Assembly: GCA_963737865.1 (NCBI GenBank)
Contig: CAVTUG010000001.1
Location: 21,766 to 85,765 of the forward strand
DNA length: 64,000 bases
From: an uncultured Actinomycetota bacterium
GTDB taxonomy: Bacteria; Actinomycetota; Actinomycetes; Streptosporangiales; Streptosporangiaceae
Reading direction: 5' to 3'
Position numbers and translations under genes: made by a program
The notes under the pieces: generated by a model
Databases searched by the model: none
The model's input: only the letters and a program-made list of their open reading frames with translations
Told to the model about the DNA's origin: nothing
Shown here: positions 10,648 through 19,525 of the stretch, in pieces
Numbering within the stretch: the stretch's first letter is position 1
Layout: each line of letters starts with the position of its first letter

Positions 10648-12200
10648 ATGCCCATGCAAACAGACGCCGCTAGCATCCGACGTCCTGCGGCAGGTATCCT
10701 GCGGCAGTATCTTCAGGCGACACCGCTCGACCAAATTGATGCAGCCGCGACTGCCTTCTATGCCAGTCTGGATTCAATTGGCGCTGTCGCACCTGGCGTC
10801 GCCGCAGCTATAGTGCAAGAGCTAATTGATCAGCGTTCTAATGTCAAGCTAATCGCCAGCGAAAACTACTGCTCGATGGCAGTGCAGCTCGCGCAGGGCA
10901 ACCTGCTCACCGACAAATATGCGGAGGGGTTCGCAGGTCATCGCTTCTACGCTGGCTGTGACAATGTCGACGAGATCGAGCGAACCGCAGCGGATCTTGC
11001 CGGTCAGGTCTTCGGGGCAGATCATGCGTACGTCCAGCCTCATTCGGGCGCGGACGCCAATCTGGTCGCATTTCTCGCGGTGCTGGCGGCAACCGTGGAA
11101 TCGCCCGCGCTCGAGGCCCTCGGCGAGCGAAATCCGGCTGCGGTCACCGACGCTGACTGGGCGCGCCTGCGGCAGGACTTCGTCGGCCAGAGACTTCTCG
11201 GAATGGACTACTACTCTGGCGGCCACCTCACCCACGGATATCGCCACAACGTCTCCACCGGCTATTCGAGGCGCATACCTATACCGTCGATCGCGATACT
11301 AACCTGCTTGATCTCGACGCCATCCGGCGGCAGGCTATGGAAGTTCGGCCACGGATTCTCCTAGCCGGGTATAGCGCATATTCTCGGAAAATAAATTTCG
11401 CGAAGCTACGCGAGATAGCCGATGAAGTCGGTGCCACCTTTATGGTCGACATGGCGCATTTCGCCGGTCTGGTCGCCGGCCGGGTATTCACCGGTGATTT
11501 TGATCCCGTGCCTTTTGCTCATATAGTGACCACGACCACCCACAAGACGTTGCGTGGTCCTCGCGGCGGGATAGTGCTGTGCAAGGCGGAGTTCGCGCCT
11601 GCGGTCGACAAGGGCTGTCCGATGGTGCTCGGAGGCCCGCTGCCGCACGTGATGGCGGCTAAGGCGGTGGCGCTGAAAGAGGCGCTCGATCCGGGTTTCC
11701 AGGTCTACGCGCATGACATCGTCAGCAATGCTCGCACCCTCGCCGATGAATTGCAGAAACGCGGCGGACGGGTACTCACTGACGGCACCGACAATCATCT
11801 CGTGCTGCTGGATGTCGCAACGTCGTACGGCCTGACCGGGCGCCAGGCGGAGTCTGCCCTGCGCTCCTGCGGGATGACGCTTAATCGCAACTCGCTGCCC
11901 TTCGATCCAAATGGGCCGTGGTATACCAGCGGACTCCGGCTCGGCACGGCCGCGGTGACTACTCTCGGCATGCGCGCTGCTGAGATCACCGAGATTGCCG
12001 ACGTCATCGTGTCGGTGCTGAGTCAAGTGACTGCGGTGACAACGGTGAAGGATGACGGCGCTGTGACAGTAAGCAAGGCCAAGTTCGACGTTCCGGAGAG
12101 GGTCGTCGACGGCGCGCGCCGTCGCATCGCTGACTTGCTCAGCGGACATTGCCTGTACCCGGAAATCGATCTGGACTTCATCCTTAGTCCGGCGGGCTAG
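10648..12200 (+). pseudogene. glyA: Serine hydroxymethyltransferase homologue (SHMT fold); frame broken near 11262
   Basis: LIASENYCSMAVQLAQGNLLTDKYAEG, YAGCDNVDEIE and [13 protein letters not shown] are in the first frame. My translation of the shifted frame gives [41 protein letters not shown], then [12 protein letters not shown] and [14 protein letters not shown] (PLP lysine motif). Confidence 0.85.
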
Positions 12201-12211
12201 GCCTGCACGAT

Positions 12212-13777
12212 ATGCCTCGGCGAGGCGGCGGGACGGCAGTCGGGGGCCATCGGCCCGTCCGGCTCAACCTTGGCGCAGCGCTGGAGGCGATGGCGGCTGA
12301 GAATGGCTGGCTCGGTGAACGCGCTTACCTGGTGGGCGATCAGGTCTATACCTATGCCGCCGTGTACGAGGGAGCGCGAGCGTTAGCCGGGGTACTACTG
12401 GCGCACGGCGTGCAGCCCGGTCACCGGGTCCTGATCGCCTTGCCGGACAGTATCGAAGTCGTCTGGAGCTTCCTGGGCACCCTCAAGGCGGGTGCCGTGG
12501 CGGTAATGGCCAATCCCCGGCTTCCGGCTCACGAACTCCGCGCCGCGTGCGGCAGGACCGACCCAGCCGTCATCGTGTGTGATCCGTCGATCGCGGAGGC
12601 ATTCGACGGCGGCACTGTCCTCACCGCCGACCGAATGGTCAGCGAGGGCGAAAATGCCTGGCCAGCGACTGCGGCGATCTGCGCTCCGTCCGGCCTGGCG
12701 TACGCATTGTTCACGTCAGGTACCACCGGCGAAGCTAAATTGTGCTTCCACACTCATTCCGACGCGCTGGTCTATCATCGCGCTTTCGGCAAGCCGGTCC
12801 TTGGGCTTGCCCCCGGTGACGTGACCTTCTCCGTGTCGAAGTCGTACTTCGCCTACGGGCTTGGCAATTCAGTCCTGTTCCCGCTGCTGAGCGGCGCGAC
12901 GGCGGTGCTGGAGCCGGAGGTGCCGACGGCCGACAGGATCCTGGAGCTGACCGCCCGGCTTGGCGTCGGCACATTGTTCTCCGTGCCCAGCAATTATGCC
13001 CGGCTGCTCGCGCATCCACAGGCGAGCGTCCTGGGCGCTGTCGGCGTTGCCGTGTGCGCCGGCGAGGTCCTGCCGAGAGCCGTCGAGGACCGCGTCCTGG
13101 CCCTCGACGGCCCGATCCTGCTCAACGGCATCGGGTCTACCGAGGTAGGCCAGACCTTCGCGTCGAACACGATGGCCGAGCGACGTGCGGGCACTGTGGG
13201 CCGGGTCTTGCATCCGTACCGGGTCCGGGTCGCGGATGACGCTGGTGCCGATCTCCCCGCCGGGACGCGAGGCCGGCTGCTCGTGCGGGGCCCGACACTG
13301 GCGCTTGGGTGCGCCGCCGCGAACCGGTACCTGCCTGCCCCAGCGGGCTTGTGGTATCCGACCGGCGATCTTGCCGTGCGCGACGAGGAAGATTACCTGT
13401 CGATCATCGGGCGGCTAGACGACATCGAGATCGTCGGCGGGATCAACGTGCATCCGACCGAGATCGAGGAGTTGCTGGCCGGGCATCCTCTGGTGCTCGA
13501 CGCAGCGGTCTGTGCGACTGTCGATCCGCAGGGAGCATCCAGGCTGGTTGCGTACGTGGTCGCAGCTGACCATGCCGTCGATCAGGCGGCCATTGCGGAT
13601 GACCTGATCGCGGGCCTGCGCGGGCAGGTGGTCCCCTACAAGCTGCCCAGGGGCGTGGTCTTCGTGCCCGAGCTTCCACGCACCTTTACCGGCAAGCTGC
13701 GGCGGAATGCGCTGCGCCAGTCTGCCGTGCGACATTCGGAAACAGGCGTGTGGCCAGTGAGCTGGCCTGCCTTGTGA
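12212..13777 (+). CDS. AMP-dependent synthetase/ligase, benzoate/aryl-CoA-ligase-like
   Basis: It has the adenylate-forming motifs YALFTSGTTGEAK, GSTEVGQ, YPTGDLAVRDEEDYLSIIGRLDD and LPRTFTGKLRR. 521 aa, with no carrier domain. Confidence 0.8.
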   Translation: MPRRGGGTAVGGHRPVRLNLGAALEAMAAENGWLGERAYLVGDQVYTYAAVYEGARALAGVLLAHGVQPGHRVLIALPDSIEVVWSFLGTLKAGAVAVMANPRLPAHELRAACGRTDPAVIVCDPSIAEAFDGGTVLTADRMVSEGENAWPATAAICAPSGLAYALFTSGTTGEAKLCFHTHSDALVYHRAFGKPVLGLAPGDVTFSVSKSYFAYGLGNSVLFPLLSGATAVLEPEVPTADRILELTARLGVGTLFSVPSNYARLLAHPQASVLGAVGVAVCAGEVLPRAVEDRVLALDGPILLNGIGSTEVGQTFASNTMAERRAGTVGRVLHPYRVRVADDAGADLPAGTRGRLLVRGPTLALGCAAANRYLPAPAGLWYPTGDLAVRDEEDYLSIIGRLDDIEIVGGINVHPTEIEELLAGHPLVLDAAVCATVDPQGASRLVAYVVAADHAVDQAAIADDLIAGLRGQVVPYKLPRGVVFVPELPRTFTGKLRRNALRQSAVRHSETGVWPVSWPAL

Positions 13778-13792
13778 CCATCCGGAGGTTCA

Positions 13793-15334
13793 GTGCTGAA
13801 AGCAGATGACGCTGTCTTCTTGCGAGAGGACGTCCGCGCCGAGCCGCTGGTGAATGGATTCCGGGCGTGGCCGCACCTGGTGGCGCCGCACACCTACGCG
13901 CGCTGCGTGATCGCCAGGCATCTGCCGGCGTTGCTGGCTGCGCTCGAGAGAGCCGAGAAGGCGAAGGACGCAGGACAGGCAGCGGAGGTGCGGCAGCTGA
14001 TGGCTGCGATCGAGGAGCACCGACCGCACATCCTCGCTGCGGGCCAGGCCATCGCCGACCTCGATACGCTGCTGATCGCGCGGGCGCGGGGATTCAGCCT
14101 GGAGAGCCTGTATCCGCTGGTGCCAGCTGCGATTCGCGGGCTAGTTGAGCTCGTCTATGACCGCTACAACTCTCCTGGAGTCCGTTTCCTCGAAGGTGCC
14201 CTTTACCGCACCCCGCTGTACGACCCCGCATTGCAGGGTGTTCGGCTCGAGCAGGCGAATCCGGACCTGCCGGAGGCGGGAATGTCGGTTCCTCGCCTGT
14301 CAGCGCAGGGCCGGCTTGTGCTCCCGGCTCGCTTCGACAGCGAGGCGTGGGACTTGCTCGGCCGAGCCCGGCGTCGTCCAGAGCAGGCCGGCGACCTCGC
14401 TGACCTGCTCGGTACCTCGATAGCGACGATGAGCCCCTATCTGACGGAAAGATCATCTCTCCGGTCAGCTGACCCACGGCCTTCGGAAGTGCAGGTGCGC
14501 TTCCTGAACCATGCCTGCGTCCTGATGGAATCGAGACGGACCTCGGTCCTGGTGGACCCGCTTCTCGCGCATCGCCAGCCTGGCTCAGCCAGCCGGTACT
14601 CGTTCGCGGATCTACCTGACCAGATTGACTGCCTGGCCATCACGCACGGGCATCTGGATCACTTTGATATCGAGACGCTGCTGCAAATCCGGCATCTGGC
14701 CAGAGTCGTTCTGGTCCCGAGAACCGGGGGCGGCGACCTCGTCGACCCCAGCCTGAAGCAGGTTCTCCAGGCGCTGGGATTTCGCAACGTGCACGAAATG
14801 GATGACTATGAGTCACACTCACTTGCCGACGGCGCTGTCACGGCGGTGCCGTTCTTCGGCGAGCATTCCGATCTGGCTGTGCGCGGCAAGACCGGTTACG
14901 CCGTTACCCTGCAGGGTCGGACCGCCGTGTTCGTGGCCGACTCGCAATGCCTGGAGCCACGAGTCTACGAACTGGCGCGTGACCAGCTCGGGCCGGTGAG
15001 CATGCTGTTCGTTGGCATGGAATGCGCGGGCTCGCCAATGGCGACGGCAAGCCGCCCGTATCTGCCGGAGGGCAGGTACACGCCCGCGATGTCAGAGTCG
15101 CGCCGGACCAGGGCGTCCGACGCTGCCGGGGGACTGGCGCTGGTGCGCGCGCTCAGGCCGAGCCGGGCCTACCTGTATGCGATGGGCCTGGAACCGTGGC
15201 TGGCCTATATGTTCGGCGTTCCGGATGGTGCCAGAACCTACAGTCTCTCGCAAGCAGAGATATTCATCAGCGCGTGTGCCGAGCTGGGGGTACCGGCTGA
15301 GTTGCTGCGCGGCCCGCGAGTTCTCCCGCTCTGA
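13793..15334 (+). CDS. MBL-fold metalloenzyme with a ~230-aa N-terminal domain (candidate CmlA-like diiron beta-hydroxylase)
   Basis: It has the HxHxDH motif ITHGHLDHFD. The two-domain layout and ~513-aa size match my recollection of CmlA-type hydroxylases. GTG start is preceded by GGAGG at -6. The MBL fold is well supported; the CmlA-like function is inferred. Confidence 0.6.
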   Translation: MLKADDAVFLREDVRAEPLVNGFRAWPHLVAPHTYARCVIARHLPALLAALERAEKAKDAGQAAEVRQLMAAIEEHRPHILAAGQAIADLDTLLIARARGFSLESLYPLVPAAIRGLVELVYDRYNSPGVRFLEGALYRTPLYDPALQGVRLEQANPDLPEAGMSVPRLSAQGRLVLPARFDSEAWDLLGRARRRPEQAGDLADLLGTSIATMSPYLTERSSLRSADPRPSEVQVRFLNHACVLMESRRTSVLVDPLLAHRQPGSASRYSFADLPDQIDCLAITHGHLDHFDIETLLQIRHLARVVLVPRTGGGDLVDPSLKQVLQALGFRNVHEMDDYESHSLADGAVTAVPFFGEHSDLAVRGKTGYAVTLQGRTAVFVADSQCLEPRVYELARDQLGPVSMLFVGMECAGSPMATASRPYLPEGRYTPAMSESRRTRASDAAGGLALVRALRPSRAYLYAMGLEPWLAYMFGVPDGARTYSLSQAEIFISACAELGVPAELLRGPRVLPL

Positions 15335-15342
15335 CCGACGTC

Positions 15343-16164
15343 CTATAACTGCGGGCTGAAGGCAGCAAGCACGGCCGCCGCCACTACGTCAGGATTCTCT
15401 AGCGGGCCTAGGTGTCCTATTCCCGGCAATTCCGTTACCTTGCCGTTCGGCAGCAGGTCCGCGATGCGGCGGATCGAGGCAGCGTCCATCACCAGGCTGA
15501 GACAGCCACGGGCAACGGTCACCGGACAGCTGACGTCAGGGATCTGTCGGTGAGCGTCGCACGTCCAGGCCGCCGTGTACCCGGCCGCCTCGGTGGCGGG
15601 GGAGCAGCGGAGGATCACTGAGCCATCCGGCTGATCGGACAGGCCATGCTCGAGGTAAGCGCGCAGAGCTTCGGGGTGAACGGCCCGGAAGGCCGGTCGG
15701 CCGGACAGGTAGTCGCTCGCGGCGGCCCTCGACGTAAACCGGCTGACCCTTCGCAGGGTCCGGGATGCCACCTCGGTGCCGTCTTGCACTGCGGCCTGGC
15801 TCGTCAGCCTGGGCAAGATGGGCTCGTAGCAGAATAGCGCCCGGAGCAGGCCGGGCTCCGCCGCCGCTGCGGCCAGCGCCGCGGTACCGCCCATAGAATG
15901 GCCGATCGCGTACGCGCCGCGCGCCGGTATCGCATCGAGCGTCGTCAGAATGTCCTGGCGGTACTCATCCCAGTGCAGGTCACCGTGCGCGGTCCGGACC
16001 GACGCGCCATGTCCGCGAAAGTCGAGTGCCACGCACCGGAACCGCTGCCTGAGCCGTTCGGCCACCGGGCGCCAGACCAGGCCGTGAAATCCGTTGGCAT
16101 GACACATGAGCAGCGTAGGGCCGGACCCGCCAAAGTCATGAACGAATACCTCTGCGCTGGTCAC
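15343..16164 (-). CDS. Alpha/beta-fold hydrolase
   Basis: It has the nucleophile elbow GHSMGG and an N-terminal HGF..LVW oxyanion region. 273 aa. GTG start at 16164-16162 overlaps the stop of the upstream kinase gene (GTGA). Confidence 0.8.
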   Translation of the reverse strand: MTSAEVFVHDFGGSGPTLLMCHANGFHGLVWRPVAERLRQRFRCVALDFRGHGASVRTAHGDLHWDEYRQDILTTLDAIPARGAYAIGHSMGGTAALAAAAAEPGLLRALFCYEPILPRLTSQAAVQDGTEVASRTLRRVSRFTSRAAASDYLSGRPAFRAVHPEALRAYLEHGLSDQPDGSVILRCSPATEAAGYTAAWTCDAHRQIPDVSCPVTVARGCLSLVMDAASIRRIADLLPNGKVTELPGIGHLGPLENPDVVAAAVLAAFSPQL

Positions 16165-18300
16165 GACGTGATCGCGATCGCCAGCGGACTGCTTCCGACG
16201 CGGATCGGGGCGCCAGGCGGCCGGTGGCCACGTCGATCGGCGTCACCGTGCCGCCGCCGTAGTTGGTGACGTAAGCGGTAGTGCCGTCCGGCGTGATCGC
16301 GATCGCCACCGGGCCGTCTCCGACCCGGATCGGGGTGCCCGCGCGGCCGGTGGCCACGTCGATCGGCGTCACGGTGTTGCCGCCGCCGTTGGCGCCGTAG
16401 TTGGCGACGTAGGCGGTCTTGCCGTCCGGCGTGATCGCGATTCCCCACGGGCCGCTCCCGACCCGGATCGGGGTGCCCGTGCGGCCGGTCGCTACATCAA
16501 TCGGCGTCACCGTGCCGCTCCTGCTGCTGCCATGGCTGGCGACGTAGGCGGTCTTGCCGTCCGGGGTGATCGCGATCCCATCCGGGCCGCTCTCCGACCT
16601 TGATCGGGGTGCCCGCGCGGCCGGTGGCCATGTCGATCGGCGTCACCGTGTTGCCGCCGTTGGCACCGTAGTTGGCCACGTAGGCGGTATTGCCGTCAGG
16701 CGTGATCGCGATCGCCCACGGGCCGTTCCCGACCCTGATCGGAGTGCCCGGCGCGGCCGGTGGCCACGTCGATCGGCGTCATGGTGTCGCCGCTGCCGTT
16801 CTTGTCGCCGTAGTTGCCGACATAGGCGGTCTTGCCGTCCGGCGTGATCGCGATCGCATCCGGGCCGTTGCCGACCTGGATCGGAGTGCCCGGCGTGGCC
16901 GGTGGCCACGTCAATCGGCGTCACTGTGTTGCCGCTGCCGTTGGTGCCGTAGTTGGCGACGTAGGCGGTCTTGCCATCCGGCGTGATCGCGATCGCATCC
17001 GGCGCGTTCCCGACCTGGATCGGGTGGCCCGCGTGGCCGGTGGCGGCGTCGATCGGCGTCACGGTGTCGCTGCCCGCGCTGGCGACGAAAGCACCTTTCG
17101 GGCCGTCGGGCGAGCTCCCGGCCGATGACGCCGGCGGCGATCACTGCGGCCGCCGCCACGGCGCCGGCGGCGACGAGAGCGATCAGCTCCGCCGCTTCGC
17201 TGGGCGTGGTCTCCGGCGTCGCCCGCTGCGGTCCGGCGGCGGTCTCCCCGCTGCGGCGATCGGCAGCTCGCGCTCCGCCCGGCCGGCATCGGCGGGCCGA
17301 CGGGTAAGCGGGCCGCGGCTCGACGGGCGGGGGCGCGGTCGCTACGGGCGCTGGCGCGGTAAACGACTCGGCGGCCTGCCCGGGCGGGCGCTGCGGCGAA
17401 CCCTCCGCCGATCCGGCCCCGTAGCGGGCCAGGCCAAGCGCCGCTCGCAGCGCCTCAGCGAAATCTCCGCAGGAAGCAAACCGGTCGGACGGCGACTTCG
17501 CTAGCGCCCGGGCGAATACGTCGTCAGCCTGGGCAGGCAGTTCCGGGCCGCCGGGAGGTCACCGGCGGCGGCGGCGCGTACAGGCGCGCGAACGCCTCCG
17601 CCAGGCCCTGATCCCGCCGGAATGGCGGGCCGCCGGTCAGCAGCTCAAAGGCCGCGCAGGCCAGCGCGTACTGGTCGGCCCGGCCGTCAACCGGGCGGCC
17701 CTCTAGCTGCTCCGGGGACATGTAGTCCAGGGTCCCGATGAACTGCCCCGAACCGGTCAGCCCGCTGGCTCGCCAGCGACCCCTTGCTCAGCCCGAAGTC
17801 CGACAGGTAGACATGATCAGGACGGCCCGGCCGGACATCGAGCAGCATGTTGGCGGGCTTGACGTCCCGGTGCACCAGTCCGGCCGCGTGCGCCGCGTCC
17901 AGCGCGGATGCCACCGGGGAGATGATCGCCGCCACCCGCTGCGGCGGTAGCGGGCCGTCCCGGTGAACCAGCGACAGCACGTCCCCGCCGTCCACGTACC
18001 GCATGGCGATGAAGAGCACGCCGTCGGCCTCGCCCGCTTCGTAAACGGGGATGATGTGCGGGTCGTCTACGGCTGCCGCCGCCATCGATTCGCCCGCGAA
18101 GCGCTGCCGGAACGCTAGGTCCCCGCCAGCGCCGGCGCCAGCAGCTTCAGGGCCACCCGGCGGTTCAGGCGCGTGTCATGCGCCCGAAATACGACCGCCA
18201 TGCCGCCCTGGCCAATCCGGTCCTCCAGCCGGTACCCGCCGATCAGCGAGCCAGCCGGCAACCAGCCCAGCGCCCACGACGGGGAGACATCATCACTCAA
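16161..18300 (-). pseudogene. Ser/Thr protein kinase with C-terminal YVTN-type beta-propeller repeats; at least 5-6 frame breaks
   Basis: The kinase N-lobe (YRLEDRIGQGGMAVVFRA, VALKLL) is in ORF 18115-18300. The catalytic loop (HRDVKPANMLL, SDFGLSKG) is in 17687-18085, and MSPEQLEG..DQYALACAAFELLTG is in 17524-17721. Repeats of the form YVANYG..NTVTPIDVATGRAGTPIRVG..P.AIAITPDGKTAYV are spread over five overlapping ORFs in 16136-17159. Confidence 0.75.
16165..17065 (-). repeat. Tandem ~132-142-bp coding repeats (about seven beta-propeller blades)
   Basis: The DNA string ccgtccggcgtgatcgcgatcgc recurs near 16284, 16424, 16556, 16694, 16836 and 16975. The translated repeat is about 46 aa. Confidence 0.7.
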
Positions 18301-18457
18301 CTAGCCCTCCAGGACTCCCGAGCGAGACTGCCGCCCCCAGCGAGAGTGTCCCCCATCATCCCCGCCCGGCCAATCAGGTACAAGTGGCACACCCGGGAGA
18401 TAGCCCCGAATCTCGATGAGCGGCTAGCTGATGGCGCAGAATTTTGGGCGCAGTCCG

Positions 18458-18593
18458 TCCACAAGCTGGTGGCATATCCACAGCGTGAGCCGGCTTCTTC
18501 GCTGGAACTCTAGGGTTGGCCGTCCACAGGGTGTCATGTCCTGCGGCGGAGTTTCCCACAGCCGAGGCCAGTTTATGCACGTTGTGATCCACA
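18458..18593. promoter_or_regulatory. Cluster of five TCCACA(G/A)G direct repeats in a divergent promoter region
   Basis: TCCACA occurs at 18458, 18477, 18523 and 18588, and CCCACA at 18555. All five are on the same strand within 136 bp, between the kinase pseudogene start (18300) and the MazG-like gene (18708). Confidence 0.25.
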
Positions 18594-18707
18594 GGTTGCT
18601 GCGGGTAGCGTGCCGTTCCTGGCTGCGGGATTAATATGCGCTACTGAATAATGGTGCAGCGACCCCGGCCGCTTGTGAGCAAATTCGGTCAGCGGTGGAG
18701 GTGCAAA

Positions 18708-19034
18708 GTGGACATCCGATCGGTGCAGAAGCTTGCCTGGGATAACAAGGTCGCTAAAGGCTTCAATACGACCGATGTACCCATGGAGTTCTGCCTGCTG
18801 AGCGGTGAGGTGGCGGAGGCGTTTGACTCCTGGCGCAAGGGCCAGGCGGACGTGGCGGAAGAACTCGCGGATGCGGCGATCTTCCTCGCCGGTCTGGCGG
18901 AAATGGTCGGCTCGGACTTGCAAGATGCAGTAGAAGCGAAGTTGGCTGCAAACGAGGCGCGGGTGTATCGACCACTTTCCAACGGGGTGTTGGTCAAGGC
19001 TCAGAAACCAGGCTCATCGCTGAACTCGGCATGA
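18708..19034 (+). CDS. MazG-like nucleoside triphosphate pyrophosphohydrolase (small all-alpha type)
   Basis: SGEVAEAFDSWRKGQADVAEELADAAIFLAGLAE matches the EExxE..EELAD metal-binding pattern of MazG-type enzymes. GTG 18708 is preceded by GGAGG. The 3' end overlaps the convergent kinase gene. Confidence 0.6.
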   Translation: MDIRSVQKLAWDNKVAKGFNTTDVPMEFCLLSGEVAEAFDSWRKGQADVAEELADAAIFLAGLAEMVGSDLQDAVEAKLAANEARVYRPLSNGVLVKAQKPGSSLNSA

Positions 19035-19525
19035 ACGCCGGTTGTAGTGTCGATGTTCAGAACGGTCGCGTGCTCGGATAGTTGCTTGAAGACGTTGGCG
19101 TAGCCGGCGATGAGCGAGTGGATGTGGGCTTGTGGCGGTGCGTGGCCGTCGCGTTCCTGGAGGCGCGCGGTGATGCGGTCCGGCTGGCCGGTGAGGTGGA
19201 CGAGGATTCCCTGGCGGTCGGCGACAATTGCGGCCAACTGGGCAGCCTGTTCCTGAGTGAGCCGGGAAGTTCCGCGTTCAAGAGGTCCATAGACTAGTTC
19301 GCTCACAAAACTCCGGTCAAGAACGAGTGGTCCCGGACTAGTAAGAATGGCTTTGTATCTGACGAAGAGATCCGTCCCGGCATCGCTGAGACTGGAATGG
19401 ATCACGCGGTGGCCGAAAATGGCCGATATCTGTCGTACGAGGGTGGTTTTGCCGGTTCCGTCGCAGCCGTCGAGCACGATGAGCGCGTATTGTCCGATGC
19501 TATTTGCCGGTTCTGTGAGGGTCAT
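19001..19525 (-). CDS. P-loop (deoxy)nucleoside-monophosphate kinase-like protein (thymidylate-kinase-like)
   Basis: The Walker A region IVLDGCDGTGKTT resembles the dTMP kinase EGxDGxGKTT motif. About 174 aa counted from ATG 19525, which overlaps the upstream stop as ATGA. Confidence 0.65.
   Translation of the reverse strand: MTLTEPANSIGQYALIVLDGCDGTGKTTLVRQISAIFGHRVIHSSLSDAGTDLFVRYKAILTSPGPLVLDRSFVSELVYGPLERGTSRLTQEQAAQLAAIVADRQGILVHLTGQPDRITARLQERDGHAPPQAHIHSLIAGYANVFKQLSEHATVLNIDTTTGVHAEFSDEPGF

Noticed and set aside
16136-17159. Five overlapping minus-strand ORFs and mirror plus-strand ORFs (16554-17128), considered as separate small genes.
   Set aside because: All minus-strand pieces encode the same ~46-aa YVTN-type blade in different frames. 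They are fragments of one frameshifted kinase-propeller gene. The plus-strand ORFs are repeat shadows.
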